A DNA stretch of 64,000 nucleotides from Podarcis erhardii (Eukaryota). The position numbers and the translations under genes were made by a program. Within the stretch, counting starts at the first letter, position 1. Each line of letters opens with the position of its first letter. The notes beneath the pieces were generated by a model. That model was not told the origin of the DNA and did not search any database. It saw only the letters and a list, made by a program, of their open reading frames with translations. The DNA is taken from the NCBI GenBank assembly GCA_964252035.1, contig OZ176213.1; one strand, 5' to 3'. This document shows positions 1 through 12,643 of this stretch, piece after piece.

Positions 1-381
1 TGAGGAGTAAAACAAGAAAAAATATAGTCTGAACAAAACAGTGGATGTATGATTTTTGTGGTTCATGCTGTGGCCACAGACATGTGATTTGACAGTGAGT
101 TTGGGGTAGCCCAATGCAAAAATCCTGAGGATCCATGTGGATCCACACCTTGTAACCACGTTTTTGCACCATTGCAGCCCCACGAAACAGTGGGTGTGTG
201 GTTTTTTGGGTGCAGACTGTAGCCATGGACATGCTATGTGATCTGATGGTAAATTTGGGGTGACCCAATGCAAAAATCCTGAGGCTCCAGGGAACACGCA
301 TTCGCTCCATAAGACGCACAGACATTTCCCCTTACTTTTTAGGAAGAAAAAAGTGCGTCCCATGGAGTGAAAAATACAGTA
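1..381. mobile_element. End of a Tc1/mariner (Tigger/pogo-like) non-autonomous element with internal ~150-bp tandem repeats
   Basis: Internal inverted motifs gacgcac (314-320) and gtgcgtc (353-359), terminus ...aaaaatacagta; duplicated unit ending cccaatgcaaaaatcctgagg at about 110-130 and 263-283. Confidence 0.45.
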
Positions 382-387
382 GGTCAG

Positions 388-690
388 TGTAGGGAGGGGA
401 GGAGATGGAGAGCGAGGGGGAGCAATCCGAGGGCAGCGTAGGAGAAGAGGACAGTAGCCTGAGAGATTCCATGAGCCTCTCCAGCGAATCGGAAGATTCA
501 CAGAAGGGGGCGCCGATGGCCAGGGCAAGGGGGGCCCCAAGGGGGACACCCCAGAAGCAAGGGGCCAGCGGGGACTCCCAGAGCAGCAGTTGGAAATCAG
601 GGCCAGCTTCCCCACCAGAGCGTAGTGGGGGGGAAGGGTCCCAGGTATCAGGGCCAGCGTATTCACCACCAGCTGCAGATTGCAGCCAGC
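388..690 (+). mobile_element. Truncated purine-rich LTR-like repeat with acidic Ser/Glu ORF
   Basis: TG start; strongly purine-skewed; ORF 405-773 MESEGEQSEGSVGEEDSS...SPPERS; resembles a lacertid interspersed repeat as recalled, not database-checked. Confidence 0.4.
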
Positions 691-1793
691 ATGCTTTTCT
701 CTCCTCTGGCTGGGTCTACACTGCTTTTGGAAGGCCGGGCAGCCAGAATTTCATCCTCTTGCCAAGTTGCTAAAAAATGGGCACATCACGTGCAAGTGTA
801 CTTCTGCATGGATCTTTCTTTAAAACCTCTTTTCCCATCAAAGGCATGTTGTGCATATCGCATACATCCTTTGTCATTAAAACAAAAAAATGAAGTCAGT
901 TCTTTGAAGCAATTTGCCCACTGTGGGGCCCCTGCTGTATTTGTGAATACCTTGTTCCTCTTGACAAGGTGGAGAATTTTCGGAAAGGGCTACTCATTAT
1001 TTGCAAATGCAAACTTTAACTTAAGCATTATTTGATTAACTGGCATATTTTAATTGGTGAGTCTGCAGGGGAAGGAGGACACAGGTTTTTTTGGGGAGAT
1101 TTTGGTTCCGGCATCTTAAAAATTCACCTATATTTAGGTTTTGGTGGTATGCAAATATATTTCAGCTTTAGTCAATTGATTAATCAAAAGACTGCATTTT
1201 AATCTACCTCGAACTGTTTAATCTATTGTCAAGCCTTAGAAAAAGCTACATGAAGCAAATAAAAGTGAAACCTGACCCTTTTAGCCAGCTTAAAAGCTTC
1301 CTTGGGAAATGAAAGGGGAAGTGGAGAGGCCAGGAAATCCTGATGCCAAGGTCAACCGAGAAAAATACAGTTTAAAATGAGAGATCCTCTATAAACCATT
1401 TGGTTTCTCTGGTAATTTATCTTCCCCCAGCCCCACCCTGACACTAAACATTTCATGAGAATTTAGTCTGTTTTATTAGATGTCAGTGGAACCCATTCCT
1501 CTTTGGGGTCTCCTCACGACCCACATTCAGGGGATTATTAATGGACTCCACTATAAAAACGTCCCTTCTCACGTTCAAACTTCTGCCCAGTTCAGAGCAG
1601 CCCCGAAGCATGGAATTCTCTGTAAAACTGGGCTGCATTTCACTTCCTTAAATGTTGTGAAAACAAGGGTGAATTTGACATTTCCTTCCATAACTACAAG
1701 CAGTGACTCAGACTTTTTTTCCTCCGTAAAAACAATAGCAGAGCTTCTCTTTGTGGCAAATGTTGAGCCCAGAGGGGTGGGAATGGGGCTGGT

Positions 1794-2060
1794 ATTAGGG
1801 ATGGCAAGGAGGGTTTTAGTTTGTTTCAGCTACCAAATTTACACTTCCCCAAACAATACACAAACCACAACACAGACACCCTTTGAAATTTACACTTCTC
1901 TGAATTTTGCAGTTTAGATATCTCACAAAAATGAATGCGTACAAAGCTGTGTATAAAATGCATATATTGGTGAAAATGACATAAAATGTATTTTTTAAAA
2001 ATGCACACAAGATGAGTAATGCCCACTAAAACACTGACAATTTTTCATGGGATTTTTTTT

Positions 2061-2098
<38 letters not shown>

Positions 2099-2190
2099 AT
2101 ACGGAAATGTAATCAACTAAATTTTAAGTTTGGGGAAATGAGAAACTGAAGAGAATCCATAGTTGTTGCCGTGGACACAAAACCACCCTA
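1794..2190 (-). mobile_element. Non-autonomous TIR element (tagggatg...cccta family) containing (CA)n
   Basis: Termini tagggatg and ..cccta; AT-rich interior is the reverse complement of the 11852-12356 copy. Confidence 0.5.
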
Positions 2191-2706
2191 CATGCCCAAG
2201 CAATTCAATGCAATAGTTTGAGGCTGCCCTGTTTTCAGGGGTGCTACTGACACGGCATATGGCCGAAGATCCACACTTCCAGAAACCTTTCTGATGCTGC
2301 ACCTCAGAATCCTTTGTGACATTGCAAGAGAGCTCCCATTCATTTCACTGATGGTTGTGCAAGAGAAATTGTAGGTGGCGAGAGGTGAGGAGATGCAGTG
2401 CCACCTGGATTGTCCCACTCAGGCACAGTGAAATTGGCATAATCTGAATAAACCAGCCCCTCTTTGCTGACTTTGTCAGATGCTGGCCTGGCAGTTATGC
2501 CCCACACAATTCCCCCCTGTTCCATTTCCTTGTATTATGTGACATTACACAAGTGGCAACCTGATATGCAGATAATCTCTTCTCAAGTGGTTTGGATTGT
2601 GCTTGTATAACACTTACTTTCCCTCTTCATTATAGAAGGAAAAAAAGGCGATTTCCTTCTTTGTCTCCTGCAGTCATTTACTCTAGAGTAGCCTGTCTTG
2701 CAACAA

Positions 2707-3059
2707 GGGACGTGGGTGGCGCTGTGGGTTAAACCACAGAGCCTAGGACTTGCTGATCAGAAGGTCAGCGGTTCAAATCCCCACGACGGGGTGAGCTCCC
2801 ATTGCTCGGTCCCAGCTCCTGCCAACCTAGCAGTTTGAAAGCATTTCAAAGTGCAAGTAGATAAATAGGTACCACTCCGGCGGGAAGGTAAACAACGTTT
2901 CCGTGCGCTGCTCTGGTTCGCCAGAAGCGGCTTAGTCATGCTGGCCACATGACCCGGAAGCTGTACGCCGGCTCCCTCGGCCAATAAAGCGAGATGAGCG
3001 CCGCAACCCCAGAGTCGGCCACGACTGGACCTAATGGTCAGGGGTCCCTTTACCTTTAC
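2707..3059 (+). mobile_element. Sauria SINE, full length
   Basis: tRNA-like head gggacgtgggtggcgctgtgggttaaacc, tail tttacctttac; 14-bp TSD tagcctgtcttgca at 2689-2702 and 3060-3073. Confidence 0.92.
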
Positions 3060-4891
3060 TAGCCTGTCTTGCACTGGCTAAACCAGCATATGGCCAGTCT
3101 GTCACAACTCAGCTCTGCTCCAAAGGCGGGGAGGACAATAGAGAAACCAACCAGGGCATGACAGAAGTCACTACACTGTGGTGGTTCTCCCTGACACCTA
3201 TAAAACAGCCTTTGTCAACCTGGTGCCCTCTAAATGTTTTGGACTACAACTCCCATCAGCCCCAAGCTGCAGGGACATTGCAGTTCAAAACAACAGATTG
3301 GCGCATGTGGCTCTCCAAGGTTTCTGGGCCAGGCTTGTTCCTGGGCCTCCACTATGCTTGGCAGGAGCTATGGCTGGCAAATCTGCACATTTTGGCCCTC
3401 ACTTCCCAGTTCTCATTATCCTTGCCGTTTGATTTTCCGCCCAGCGATAAATAAGAAAGATGGTAGCTATTATCCGAAAGCTTAGCTTGGCAGCCTGTGA
3501 GGATGGCCGCCTGGGCCGCCTCTGCCAAAAAGCCCTTGCCTCACAAGACACCGGATCCGTGTTTTTGTCTGGAAGGTGGCTAACCTCACATGGAGGAAAA
3601 CAGTTCTCCCTCGAAGAAGGGAGCAGCTCCCTTATCCCCTAGGAAGTTGCTGTGTTTCATCGGCAGCCCACTCATATGGGAGATTAAAGACCAGTGTCTT
3701 TTTCTTTCGGCTGCTTTCAGGAAGTATGTATTAGTGTTTCCAAGATACATAAATATGACTTTCCAGTATAAATAGGGTTTTTCCTAAGAGGTCTGGGCCC
3801 TCAGCTTTTGGAAGAACAGGGCCTCCCTGGGTGGCCTCGGCCAGGCTGGTAATTCCTTTGGCCTCCGTTCTCACTTCGTTAAATGGGGATTAGAGAGACA
3901 GCTACCCTACACTTGGGATCCGCCTTTGCCCGAGGATGTTTGATGTTAGCAAAGCTGACTAGAAACTGAGGCAGAAATGTGTGATAATAAATAAAGTCAC
4001 CTTCTCATCCATTCTTAAGAAAGGCATTTGGGGCTGGATTAATGAATAAGCTAAGGGTGATTTAGAGTCCTGGATAAATTGTCTTATGACAAGGAAAGGC
4101 CCACGGTGTACATTCATTTTATCCCATTATCAACTTTGGTCTAACAGGTGTGGTAGGTTTTTTGGGGAACCACAGAAATATTCAAAACCTATTTAACCAG
4201 AGATCATAGAATGATAGAGTTGGCCTTGTAAGCCACTTAGTAGAGTGCATTGCAAAAAATGAGAATCCTCGTTATTATGTATTTTTACATGGCTGTCTAT
4301 TTGTTTATATTTTATAAAAAATTATATGTATGTTTTATGATGGCCTATATCTGTAATGCCTAATAAAGGTTTGGTGAAGTAAGTAAGCATTGCAAGGAAA
4401 GGACAACGATTTGAATACATTGGCATGTGCATAGATGCAAATTTTGAAATAACAACATAAATGAAAAAGAGATACAATATATCTCACCATAGAGGGGCTT
4501 CCCATATGACTCTTATGGCCCCTTCCATTTTATGGTAGGATTGCTATACATCTAGAATTTCCCAGACATAGACGATATTCTGCTCTTGCTAGGAGCATCT
4601 GGGCAGAAATTGCTTTAATGTCCGGGAAAATCTGGCTGTATGGCAGCCCTATTCTATGGATTTTCAGCTTTTTAAATATGGCAACCCTATTCTATGGATG
4701 TTCTTGGACTCCAGCTCCCATCAGCTCCTTCTGGGTGCTCCTGGGCAGGAATGATGGGAGAGCCAGTGTGGCACAGTGGTTAGGGTGCTGGACTAGGACC
4801 TGGGAGACAGGGCTTCAATCCCTCCTCAGCCATGGGTGTGAACTCACTGGGTGTGAACTTGGGCCAGTCACAGCCTCTTAGCCTAATAATA

Positions 4892-5239
4892 CAGTGGTGC
4901 CCCGCAAGACGAATGCCTCGCAAGACGGAAAACCCGCTAGACGAAAGGGTTTTCCGTTTTGGAGGCGCTTCGCAAAACGAATTTCCCTATGGGCTTGCTT
5001 CGCAAGACGAAAATGTCTTGCGAGTTCCTGCGGGGTTCCCCCCCCCCTTTTCCTAAGCCGCTAAGCCACTTATCAGCTGATCTGCTGATAAGCCACTTAA
5101 CAGCTGATCGCTAAAAGCCGCTAAACCGCTAATAGCGCTAATCCGCTAAGCTGTCAATGGGCTTGCTTCGCAAGACGAAAAAACCGCTATACGAAGAGCC
5201 TCACGGAACGGATTAATTTCATCTTGCGAGGTACCACTG
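4892..5239. mobile_element. Tc1/mariner MITE
   Basis: TIRs cagtggtgccccgcaagacgaa and ttcatcttgcgaggtaccactg; TA on both sides; same family as 23360-23723. Confidence 0.88.
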
Positions 5240-6554
5240 TAGAGGACACAATTGATTCAGCAGTGCAGAAATGCCTGAATGAGTGAACATGCTGTCCAAA
5301 TGATGGTGGGATGACTGTGTACACACCATAGGCAACAACTGTGCTTTCTTTTCACCTTCAGCTCTTTCAAAAACTGCCATCCATCTGCAGCCTAGCAAGA
5401 GAGCAATCTGAGAAATATCCTCTGCAACATTGCCAGGGGGCTGGGGAGCACGGCCTGCAGCTAGCCGTGCGGACATTAACAATGACTGATACGTGGTGAG
5501 ATTTGACCCATTTCTCTTGGTGCAGGTGACACATAACTCTCTAGTAAAGTACTGAATTGGCTGGACAACTAAGTGGCTCTTCCTTGATAATTAGTTATAT
5601 ATTTATCGTTTCTCTGCTGCATATTAGAAGGTAATCAAACTTGCAGTAATAAAATGGGCCAGATCCATTATTCCATAGGTCTCCAAGGAACACAATCAAT
5701 ACCCTTTCAGGTTCAAATGGATTTCCCTTCATTTGGTTTCAGGCCCAAGTTTAATTTATATATTAAAAAAGCAGCTTGGAATTAAAGATGGCCATTTAAG
5801 TACTCAAAAACTGTGGATGTAAGCCATACCAAGATTGCTTTTTCAAAGACCGCTTCCATTCAAATGGCAGAATGTGAGATTATTGCTCAATCAAAAAATG
5901 TATGTTCCATAAGGCGATAGCCAAACTCTATACATTTTAAAGCTTTTAAAACTCATAAAGATCTGGTTCTAATTGCACATGGAAAATGAAACCTGTACAC
6001 TCAAAACATTATGACTGTGTTTTTGTAAAAAAGAAAGAAAGATAGTTTTTACATGTAAAAACATTAAGTAGGAATAGAAGTGTTAAAATAGTAAATAGAA
6101 AAGGAACTGGCTGTATGTTCTCATGTGGATGAGTTCTGATGGTTTGTGCCTGGGTGCTAAAACCCCTTTTTATAGACATTACAAGGAGTTGAAAAATGAC
6201 CACTGTGCACTATGTTGGCCATGAGTCCCACAATCAGAACATCAAGGAAGCTTTGTTATATATTGTCTTGGCATTATATCCCAAATTAAAGTCTCATCCT
6301 TCCTCCGAAAAAAGGTGGAAGTGGTTACCTGCCGTTTACCATCACAACAATCAGGTGAGATAAATTGGGCTGGGAGGGAAAGAGGCCTGGTTCACAGGTG
6401 CCAAATCAGGGTTTATTAAACTATGGTTTCTTAATTGTTCATTTGTTTGAACCCTGCTCAGCAGCTGAACTATGGTTTGTTTACTGGTAACAAACTGTGA
6501 TCTAAAGCCATGATTTGCTCTTGGCTTACAGATTTTGGTTTTTACTAAAGAAGA

Positions 6555-6790
6555 TAAGAAGAGCCTGCTAGATGAGGACAGCGGCTCATCTAGTGCAGTA
6601 TCCTGTTCTCACAGTGGCTTCCCAGATGCCTGTGGGACACCCGCAAGCGGGACCTGAACACAAGACCATTCTCCCCTCCGGCAGCCTCTGGCAACTGGTA
6701 TTCAGAAGCATGCTGCCTCCAAGCATCTTTCAACTGTGGCCTGGTGTTATGCATGGATCCAGCACCCTTCCTTAACCATGGTTTCTTTGA
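6555..6790 (-). mobile_element. CR1 LINE 3' UTR fragment
   Basis: aagaagagcctgct...catctagt.cag.atcctgttctcacagtgg motif shared with the 41390-41500 and 45510-45790 copies, the latter contiguous with CR1 RT sequence. Confidence 0.6.
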
Positions 6791-6882
6791 CCACCCCATC
6801 TCACATGCTCACCAAACAACAAAAGCACTTGGCAAGAGCAGCTAGGAAACCAACCCAGCCCAAGCTCTCTGGTATGTTGAAA

Positions 6883-7017
6883 GGATAGCTCAGTTGGTAG
6901 AGCATGAGACTCAAGGTCATGGGTTCGAGCCCCATGTTGGGCAAAAGATTCTTGCTTTGCAGGTGATTGGACTAGAATCACCCTTGGGATCCCTTCCAGC
7001 TCTCCAGTTCTATGATT
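6883..7017 (+). mobile_element. tRNA(Lys-like)-derived SINE with CR1-type 3' tail
   Basis: A/B-box-like ggatagctcagttggtagagc...gggttcgagcccc with a deleted anticodon loop, then ttggactaga...ttccagctct...ctatgatt CR1-like end. Confidence 0.65.
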
Positions 7018-8500
7018 CCATTATTCTACTGGCACCCAAAAATTCAGAGGTGGCCTAATGAGTCACAGGATACTGGAGTAGGCAACAGCTGGAGGGTGGC
7101 TGATTTAAGCTGGGTGAGTGTGAAGAGGAAAACAGCAGTTTGGGTTGTCTGCGGGAGAGAGAAGGAAAGAAGAGAGGGAGAGAAGGCTGTGATCTGGCTG
7201 AGGATCTGATCTGGGTTCACAGATCTGCTGCTTTTCAGGCGTGCCTCATGTGGGCCTCCACTTACGCTCTGCCTGCAAATTTGTAATTAAACTGAGTATT
7301 TCAAAAGTGCCCCATGCCATTTGCAGTGCTCTAAATTGCATCCAAAGGAAGCCAAACTCAGGCATTGCAGGAACTTCTCAATATTCTGGGAAGTAGAGAA
7401 TGTCCCTCAGCTGAGAGTATAAAATGGGAAAAGTAAACATCCACAGCAGGAGCCTTCACCAACTTGGTACCCTCCAGATGTTTTGGACTACAACTCCCAT
7501 CAGCCCCAGATGGGACTGATAGGCAGAAACAGAAGGAGGGCGCCAGGTTGCTGAAGGCTGTACCACTTTCAGCTCTCTGAATTGAAACGATTGTCTGCCT
7601 TCAGCCATTGTGCTCTACATCTGCTGGGTAAATGGAAACACTGGACAGCTTGTTACGATGGGGTGAAAGTACCAGCAACTTTAGAGCCACACCCACTGAT
7701 AGCCTCTAGAGATCTTTCCCAGCTATCACACGGGGTTTTTTGTTTCTTTATAAAATAAATCACACTAAGGAGGGCGCTTGATCATGTCATTGTCCAAGGC
7801 TGTCCCTCCTAGTTAACCTCCAGACAGGCGCTCACACAGACTGCATTTTCTGGCCTCCAGGGGACTGTCAGGGTGGTTATTTTAGTCTAGATGTGATTCC
7901 CTGGAAAACGTGCCACCCTCGCCTCTTCTCCAGCCTTATCTCCAGCCTCTCCAAGTGCCGGAAAGTGGCAGCCCCCCTTTTCAGCAGCCCTCAGCCAACA
8001 CATCTGCAATGCGAGTCACCACTGTTCTGCATCTACGATTCCTGGCTACATCTTGACTGGACCCCTCGGGGACTGAAACCGGGCCATAGTGGAGCTGCCT
8101 GTTGCTGGCACGCCAGAGACAAAACAAAGGCAGGCGCTTGGGCAAGAGCGACCTGCTCTGACCAGGACTGGGGGGCTTGAACAGAAAAGGGAGAGCAAAG
8201 GGTGCTGTCCCTTGCTTGCTGCTGCCTCTGGGTCCAGCCAACCAGATCCAAGGGACGTCCTTCTCCTTGGCCGGATCCTGTACTTCTGCCTTGGCAAACA
8301 CTCCTTTTCTCTCCTCTCTCCCACCCCCGCCTTGAGCATCTGATTCATTTCAAATACCTGTAGCTTGCTTTTCCATTTCAAATAAAGTTCCCCAAATGAG
8401 TTGCAATAATTTGAGGAATCAAAGGAAGTCAAGCAGAATACCAGCTCGTCAGATTGCAGTGCAATAAGAAGCACCACCAGTCAGACCTCCCTTTATACAA

Positions 8501-9081
8501 TGTCAGGAGCTGGAATCAGGAGCAGGTCAGTAATAAAACACCCAGCGTCAGTTAACTCTAATCAAAGAAAACAAAAACAGTGCAGGCCTAGTGATCACAG
8601 CAACTCTTCCCAGTAGGTCTTGCCCCAGTTGTGAGGACCGGAAGTTCCCTGACTCCCCACCGCTCTCTAAGACTCTCTCCCAGGTCCTTCCCCAGCAACC
8701 TGAGGCTCCTCCATATCGTCTTTCTTTGCTCCACCCTCTTCATTCCTTTTTGTGTTCTGGGAGACAAGGTGGGAGGGGAGCTGGTCACAGCAGGAGGGGA
8801 AGACTTCCTGGCTTCTTCAGCAGCCTGCCTGACCTACTCTTGGCCCCCCTCCTCTCCAGCCTCTGCTTCTGCTTTTGAGTCAGAACTGCTCTCTGCCCCA
8901 GCCTCTTCCTGCTCATTGAACCCTGTTACCTCTTCAGCTTCTGACACCTTCTCCTCCCAGTCTTCTCCCCCTGACCACTCATCGTTGTCCCACCACCAGC
9001 CCCCTGGCTCTGAGCCTTCTTCCCCTGGGGGTTCCCTTGAGGGTTCCCCACCATTCCTGTGCATCCAGCCAGTCCATGGCA
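8501..9081 (-). mobile_element. Solo LTR-like element, about 580 bp, with disrupted acidic-to-basic ORF
   Basis: TG...CA termini on the minus strand (tgccatgg...cctgaca); purine-skewed; ORFs 8834-9265 and 8588-8788 are in the same frame, separated by one TAG. No clean TSD. Confidence 0.55.
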
Positions 9082-9764
9082 TAGGACCCCCAAGAAGCAG
9101 CCATCTTGGGAAGGACCTGGAGAAGGGCCTGTGCTGAAAATTCTGATTCTCAGACATGTTCAGATAGGAGAAGAGGACCTCCCAGCATTTGTTGTATGCA
9201 AAGGGAAGAGGAATTGTGTTCTCTCCAGAGGTGGTGGTGGTTGCCATCTGTGACACAATTTGCATGCTGCAGGTCTCAGATTGGGTGGGGAGGGAGACCC
9301 CCCCCAGGTTTCTCCTGCTCCAGGCAGCTGCTGCCTAGATTGCTGGCTACCCCACATCAGAGGATCACAGGGGCTGGCAGGCTGCAAATCATGGGCAGCA
9401 AAGCCATGCCAGGCTATTCTTCTTCCCTATGATTACTTCTGCATTCCAGGGTTCTCTTGCTATCTGGGCCAAGCATCAGCCACCTCCATCCTGGCTCTTG
9501 CCACCCCTTGCCTTCAGCTCTCAGTTTACCCTCCTTTAGCCCTGTAGTGTATCAGTCATGGACACTCTGTGACGTCCCCTCCCTGCATAGGCAAATAAAT
9601 GTCTACTAGCTGTGCTAACAAAGCCCCCCCCCCCTGCTTTCCTAACCTTTGACCTTTGTCTGTGCAGTTTGTTGTCTTCTGGTGTCTGTTTGATGTTGTG
9701 TGTCATTGCAGGTCATTTGTTCTGGAAACCAGCTGGAATAATGTAGAAAAACCCCCAATTGCTC

Positions 9765-10113
9765 CTAGGACATACCCTCCGGCATTTCTCTGATTAAAAT
9801 AGGGGGCGTCCCATACAAAAATGATAATTCTACTATTTATGCTCCACCCATCTGACTGGGTTGCCATTCTGGGCGGTTTGTAACATATATAAAGCACAGC
9901 TTTAACATATATAGAAACCTAATGTAAAAACTTCCCTATTCAGGGCTGCTCAGATGGCTCAGGGGTCGGATGACTCCATACCCTCCAACATTTTTGCAAT
10001 GAAAATAGGGACATCTTAAGGAAAAGCAGGACCTTCTGGGATCAAATCAGAAACTGAGACGGTTTCTGTAGATCTAGGACGTCCCTGGAAAATAGGGGCA
10101 CTTGGAGGGTCTG
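9765..10113 (-). mobile_element. Composite non-autonomous repeat (cataccctcc..gggac family) with an embedded L2-like tail segment
   Basis: Repeated cataccctcc(a/g) motifs; aaaaacttcccta..cagggct segment shared with L2 tails; a fragment recurs at about 15900. Confidence 0.4.
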
Positions 10114-11851
10114 CTAGGATGCTCAGGACAATATGGGCCTAAGCTGAGAGCCAGCACCTGGGCTTTGAAAATAATTAAAATTATGCTAGCATCCATTTTG
10201 TGTTTGCTTTTATAGGGATAGAGATTAATTCTCTAGCCCAGTTTGAATTTAGTTTCCTGTTGGGGGAGTAGCCAGGTTCCAGTTGGCAGGGGGGTGGTTT
10301 CTTGAACAGATCGAGGGAATCTGCATTCCACAATGTTCCAATCAAGAGTCTGGGTAGAGCGGAATGCATTCTGGACTTAAAAGTTCTGTTCTTAGACTTC
10401 AAAGTGGCCACACTCTTAGGGGCATCTTGTGCTGTTACCACCAATTGCAGGATAATATAGAAACTTTTCTAAAGTGTTTATACGCCCCTGAACAATGCAT
10501 TTTCTGCTACTTGTCCCATGAAAATCACCAGGTGTCCCATCATTTATCTCATATCAAAGATCTACCTTATCTGAGATCTATTTTTATTCCAGCTGTTCAT
10601 TCCTGGTCATCACTAAATAAAATGAAACACAACAAATTGTGTGATCAAAATATGGGCGGACTTGTTAGATAAACACTAAAACAGCATGCATGGTATATTC
10701 TGAATGTGACTCCGATTATGTAGTGCAATTTACTATATATTGATAAAAGTTGTAAAAAAACAAAAACAAACTCAAAGTGGTTTACAAAAAAGATAAAACA
10801 AAAAAATTATTGATAAGAAGGCATTGTCTCTTTCAATGTATTCTGCAGCTTCCATTCATTTCAATGGGGCTTGCAGGGAGAACACTCTTGTGGATTACAC
10901 CCATGGTAATTCATAGAAATTCCTCACCTCCGGCACCAAAATGTGCCAGGCCAGTACAAACTTGCAAAGATCTGTGCTTACTTCCTATTTGGAAGCCCTC
11001 AGAAGGGGCAGATTTAGGGGAGCACGACTGGTTCGCCCACACTGGGCGCCGAGCCGAGAGGGTGCCTCAGGGGGTGCTGCAACAATGACTTGGAACAGAA
11101 GGCGAGTTCCAGGGTGTGTGCAGAATTTGAATGTCTCACAGGGCGTAGCTGAGATTTGAAAGCTCAAAATCTGCCACTGGCCTCAGGCACCTTATTATCT
11201 CACAGGCTCAGTTTCTCAGTCTGTAAAATGGAAGTTCTAATTATGCTGGAAATAAGCGTGAGCTACAGTTTCCCTGGCAAACCACTCTAAACACACAGAC
11301 CCTGGGTTGTTGCAAGGCCAAATAGCATTTGTATTATTTAGCACGTTGCCATAGAAATAGGTAGCTATAGTTGTTAACTGAAACCCAAATACCCAACATG
11401 TTTTGGATTAAGTCAGCCTTCTCCAACTGGCGCCCTCGAGATGGTCTGAATGCTCGCTGGGGCTGGTGGAAGTTGAAGTCCAAAACATCAGGAGGCCACT
11501 GGGTTGAAGGAAGGCTGGGCTGTGTTAGTGATGCGTTTCTGCTTGGCAGGGGGTTGGACTCGATGGCCCTTGTGGTCTCTTCCAACTCTATGATTCTATG
11601 ATTCTGCCTGTACTTCCCTTCCCATCCTTTGTTGTCTTTCCCTGTGTTGAATATTGGATTGTAAGACTCTTGGGGCAGGGAGCTGTCTTCTTGCACTTTT
11701 CTAAAGCATCAGGCACACTGAGAGCACCATAGAAATAGTCGTAATGTGCTGGGCATAGAAAGGGCAGCTGGTGCATTATGTGAAAAAATGCATGCACCCA
11801 GCCACCCTTTGTATAGCCCGCCCAACACCAGTTTAGCCAGCAAGCAAGCAC

Positions 11852-12356
11852 TGGGGATGAATAAACTGGGGAGCAAATCTGAGAATTTCACTTTCTCTCA
11901 GTTTATTATTTTTCCAGTCCTAAATTCAGTTTCTCCACATTTCCACATCAGCTAGCAAACTTTTTTTTTTAGGTCCTGAAAATTCTTTAACATTTTAACG
12001 TGTGTTTTATACCTAAGACAATACATAACATTTCTTGTAAATGGCTTAGAGGTTTTATTACAATCAAGTTATATATTTAACTTGCCAAATAAAGTCAAGC
12101 AATAATATTTTTGCAAAGCAATTTTCTCTAACATGATGTTCTTTCGTACGTCATTTCCACCAATGCATGCATTTATTTGCACGCTACCCTAGTAGATACA
12201 TTTTTGTACACATCATTTGGACTGGGGAAATGCGAAATTTGGAGAAGTGTGAATTTCAAAGGATCACCTCATTTTGCTCTGCACAGTTTTGGAAACTGCT
12301 AATTTGGTGACTTTGCCTTTAAATGAAAACAGACTTGAATTTGCCCCTCATCCCTA
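11852..12356 (+). mobile_element. Non-autonomous TIR element (tagggatg...catcccta family)
   Basis: Termini tggggatg and catcccta; interior homologous to 1794-2190 and about 24200-24500. Confidence 0.55.
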
Positions 12357-12541
12357 AATCTGGGACTGCTATGTTTTATAAGGCAGCACAACAGCTGAGT
12401 GGGCAGCACACCTCAGCCTTCCTTGCTGAACTGCTGTGGCAGAAGATATCACTCACCAGTTGCTCTGCTTTGGGTCAACCCTGTTAGGGAGGAAAATAAG
12501 GAGGAAGGGAGGCAGGCAGGCAGGAAGCTGCTCACACTTAC

Positions 12542-12643
12542 TACAAGAATGAACGTTCCCAGGAATTCTGAGAGGGCTTCCTTCACCAAGTGGTTCCTCA
12601 GGGCCAATTTTTCCTTGAAGCTCCTCTTCATGTTCTTGCTCAT
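12542..12643 (-). CDS. AQP9: Aquaporin-9, coding exon 1 (MSKNMKRSFKEKLALRNHLVKEALSEFLGTFILV)
   Basis: Translation matches the aquaglyceroporin N-terminus (K..L.L...L.KE.LSEFLGTFIL). Ends at a phase-0 GTAAG donor (plus-strand cttac 12537-12541). Divergent position next to ALDH1A2 matches the known vertebrate AQP9-ALDH1A2 arrangement. Confidence 0.9.

Noticed and set aside
44-287. About 150-bp tandem duplication, superficially array-like
   Set aside because: Only two units, inside a mariner-type element; no spacer structure, so not CRISPR-like.
6883-6945. tRNA-Lys-like sequence
   Set aside because: The anticodon loop is deleted and a CR1-type tail follows, so it is a SINE head rather than a tRNA gene.
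1-12540. AQP9 exons 2 onward (VLGCG..., GHINPA)
   Set aside because: Searched the minus strand by eye and found none; presumed to lie left of the window.
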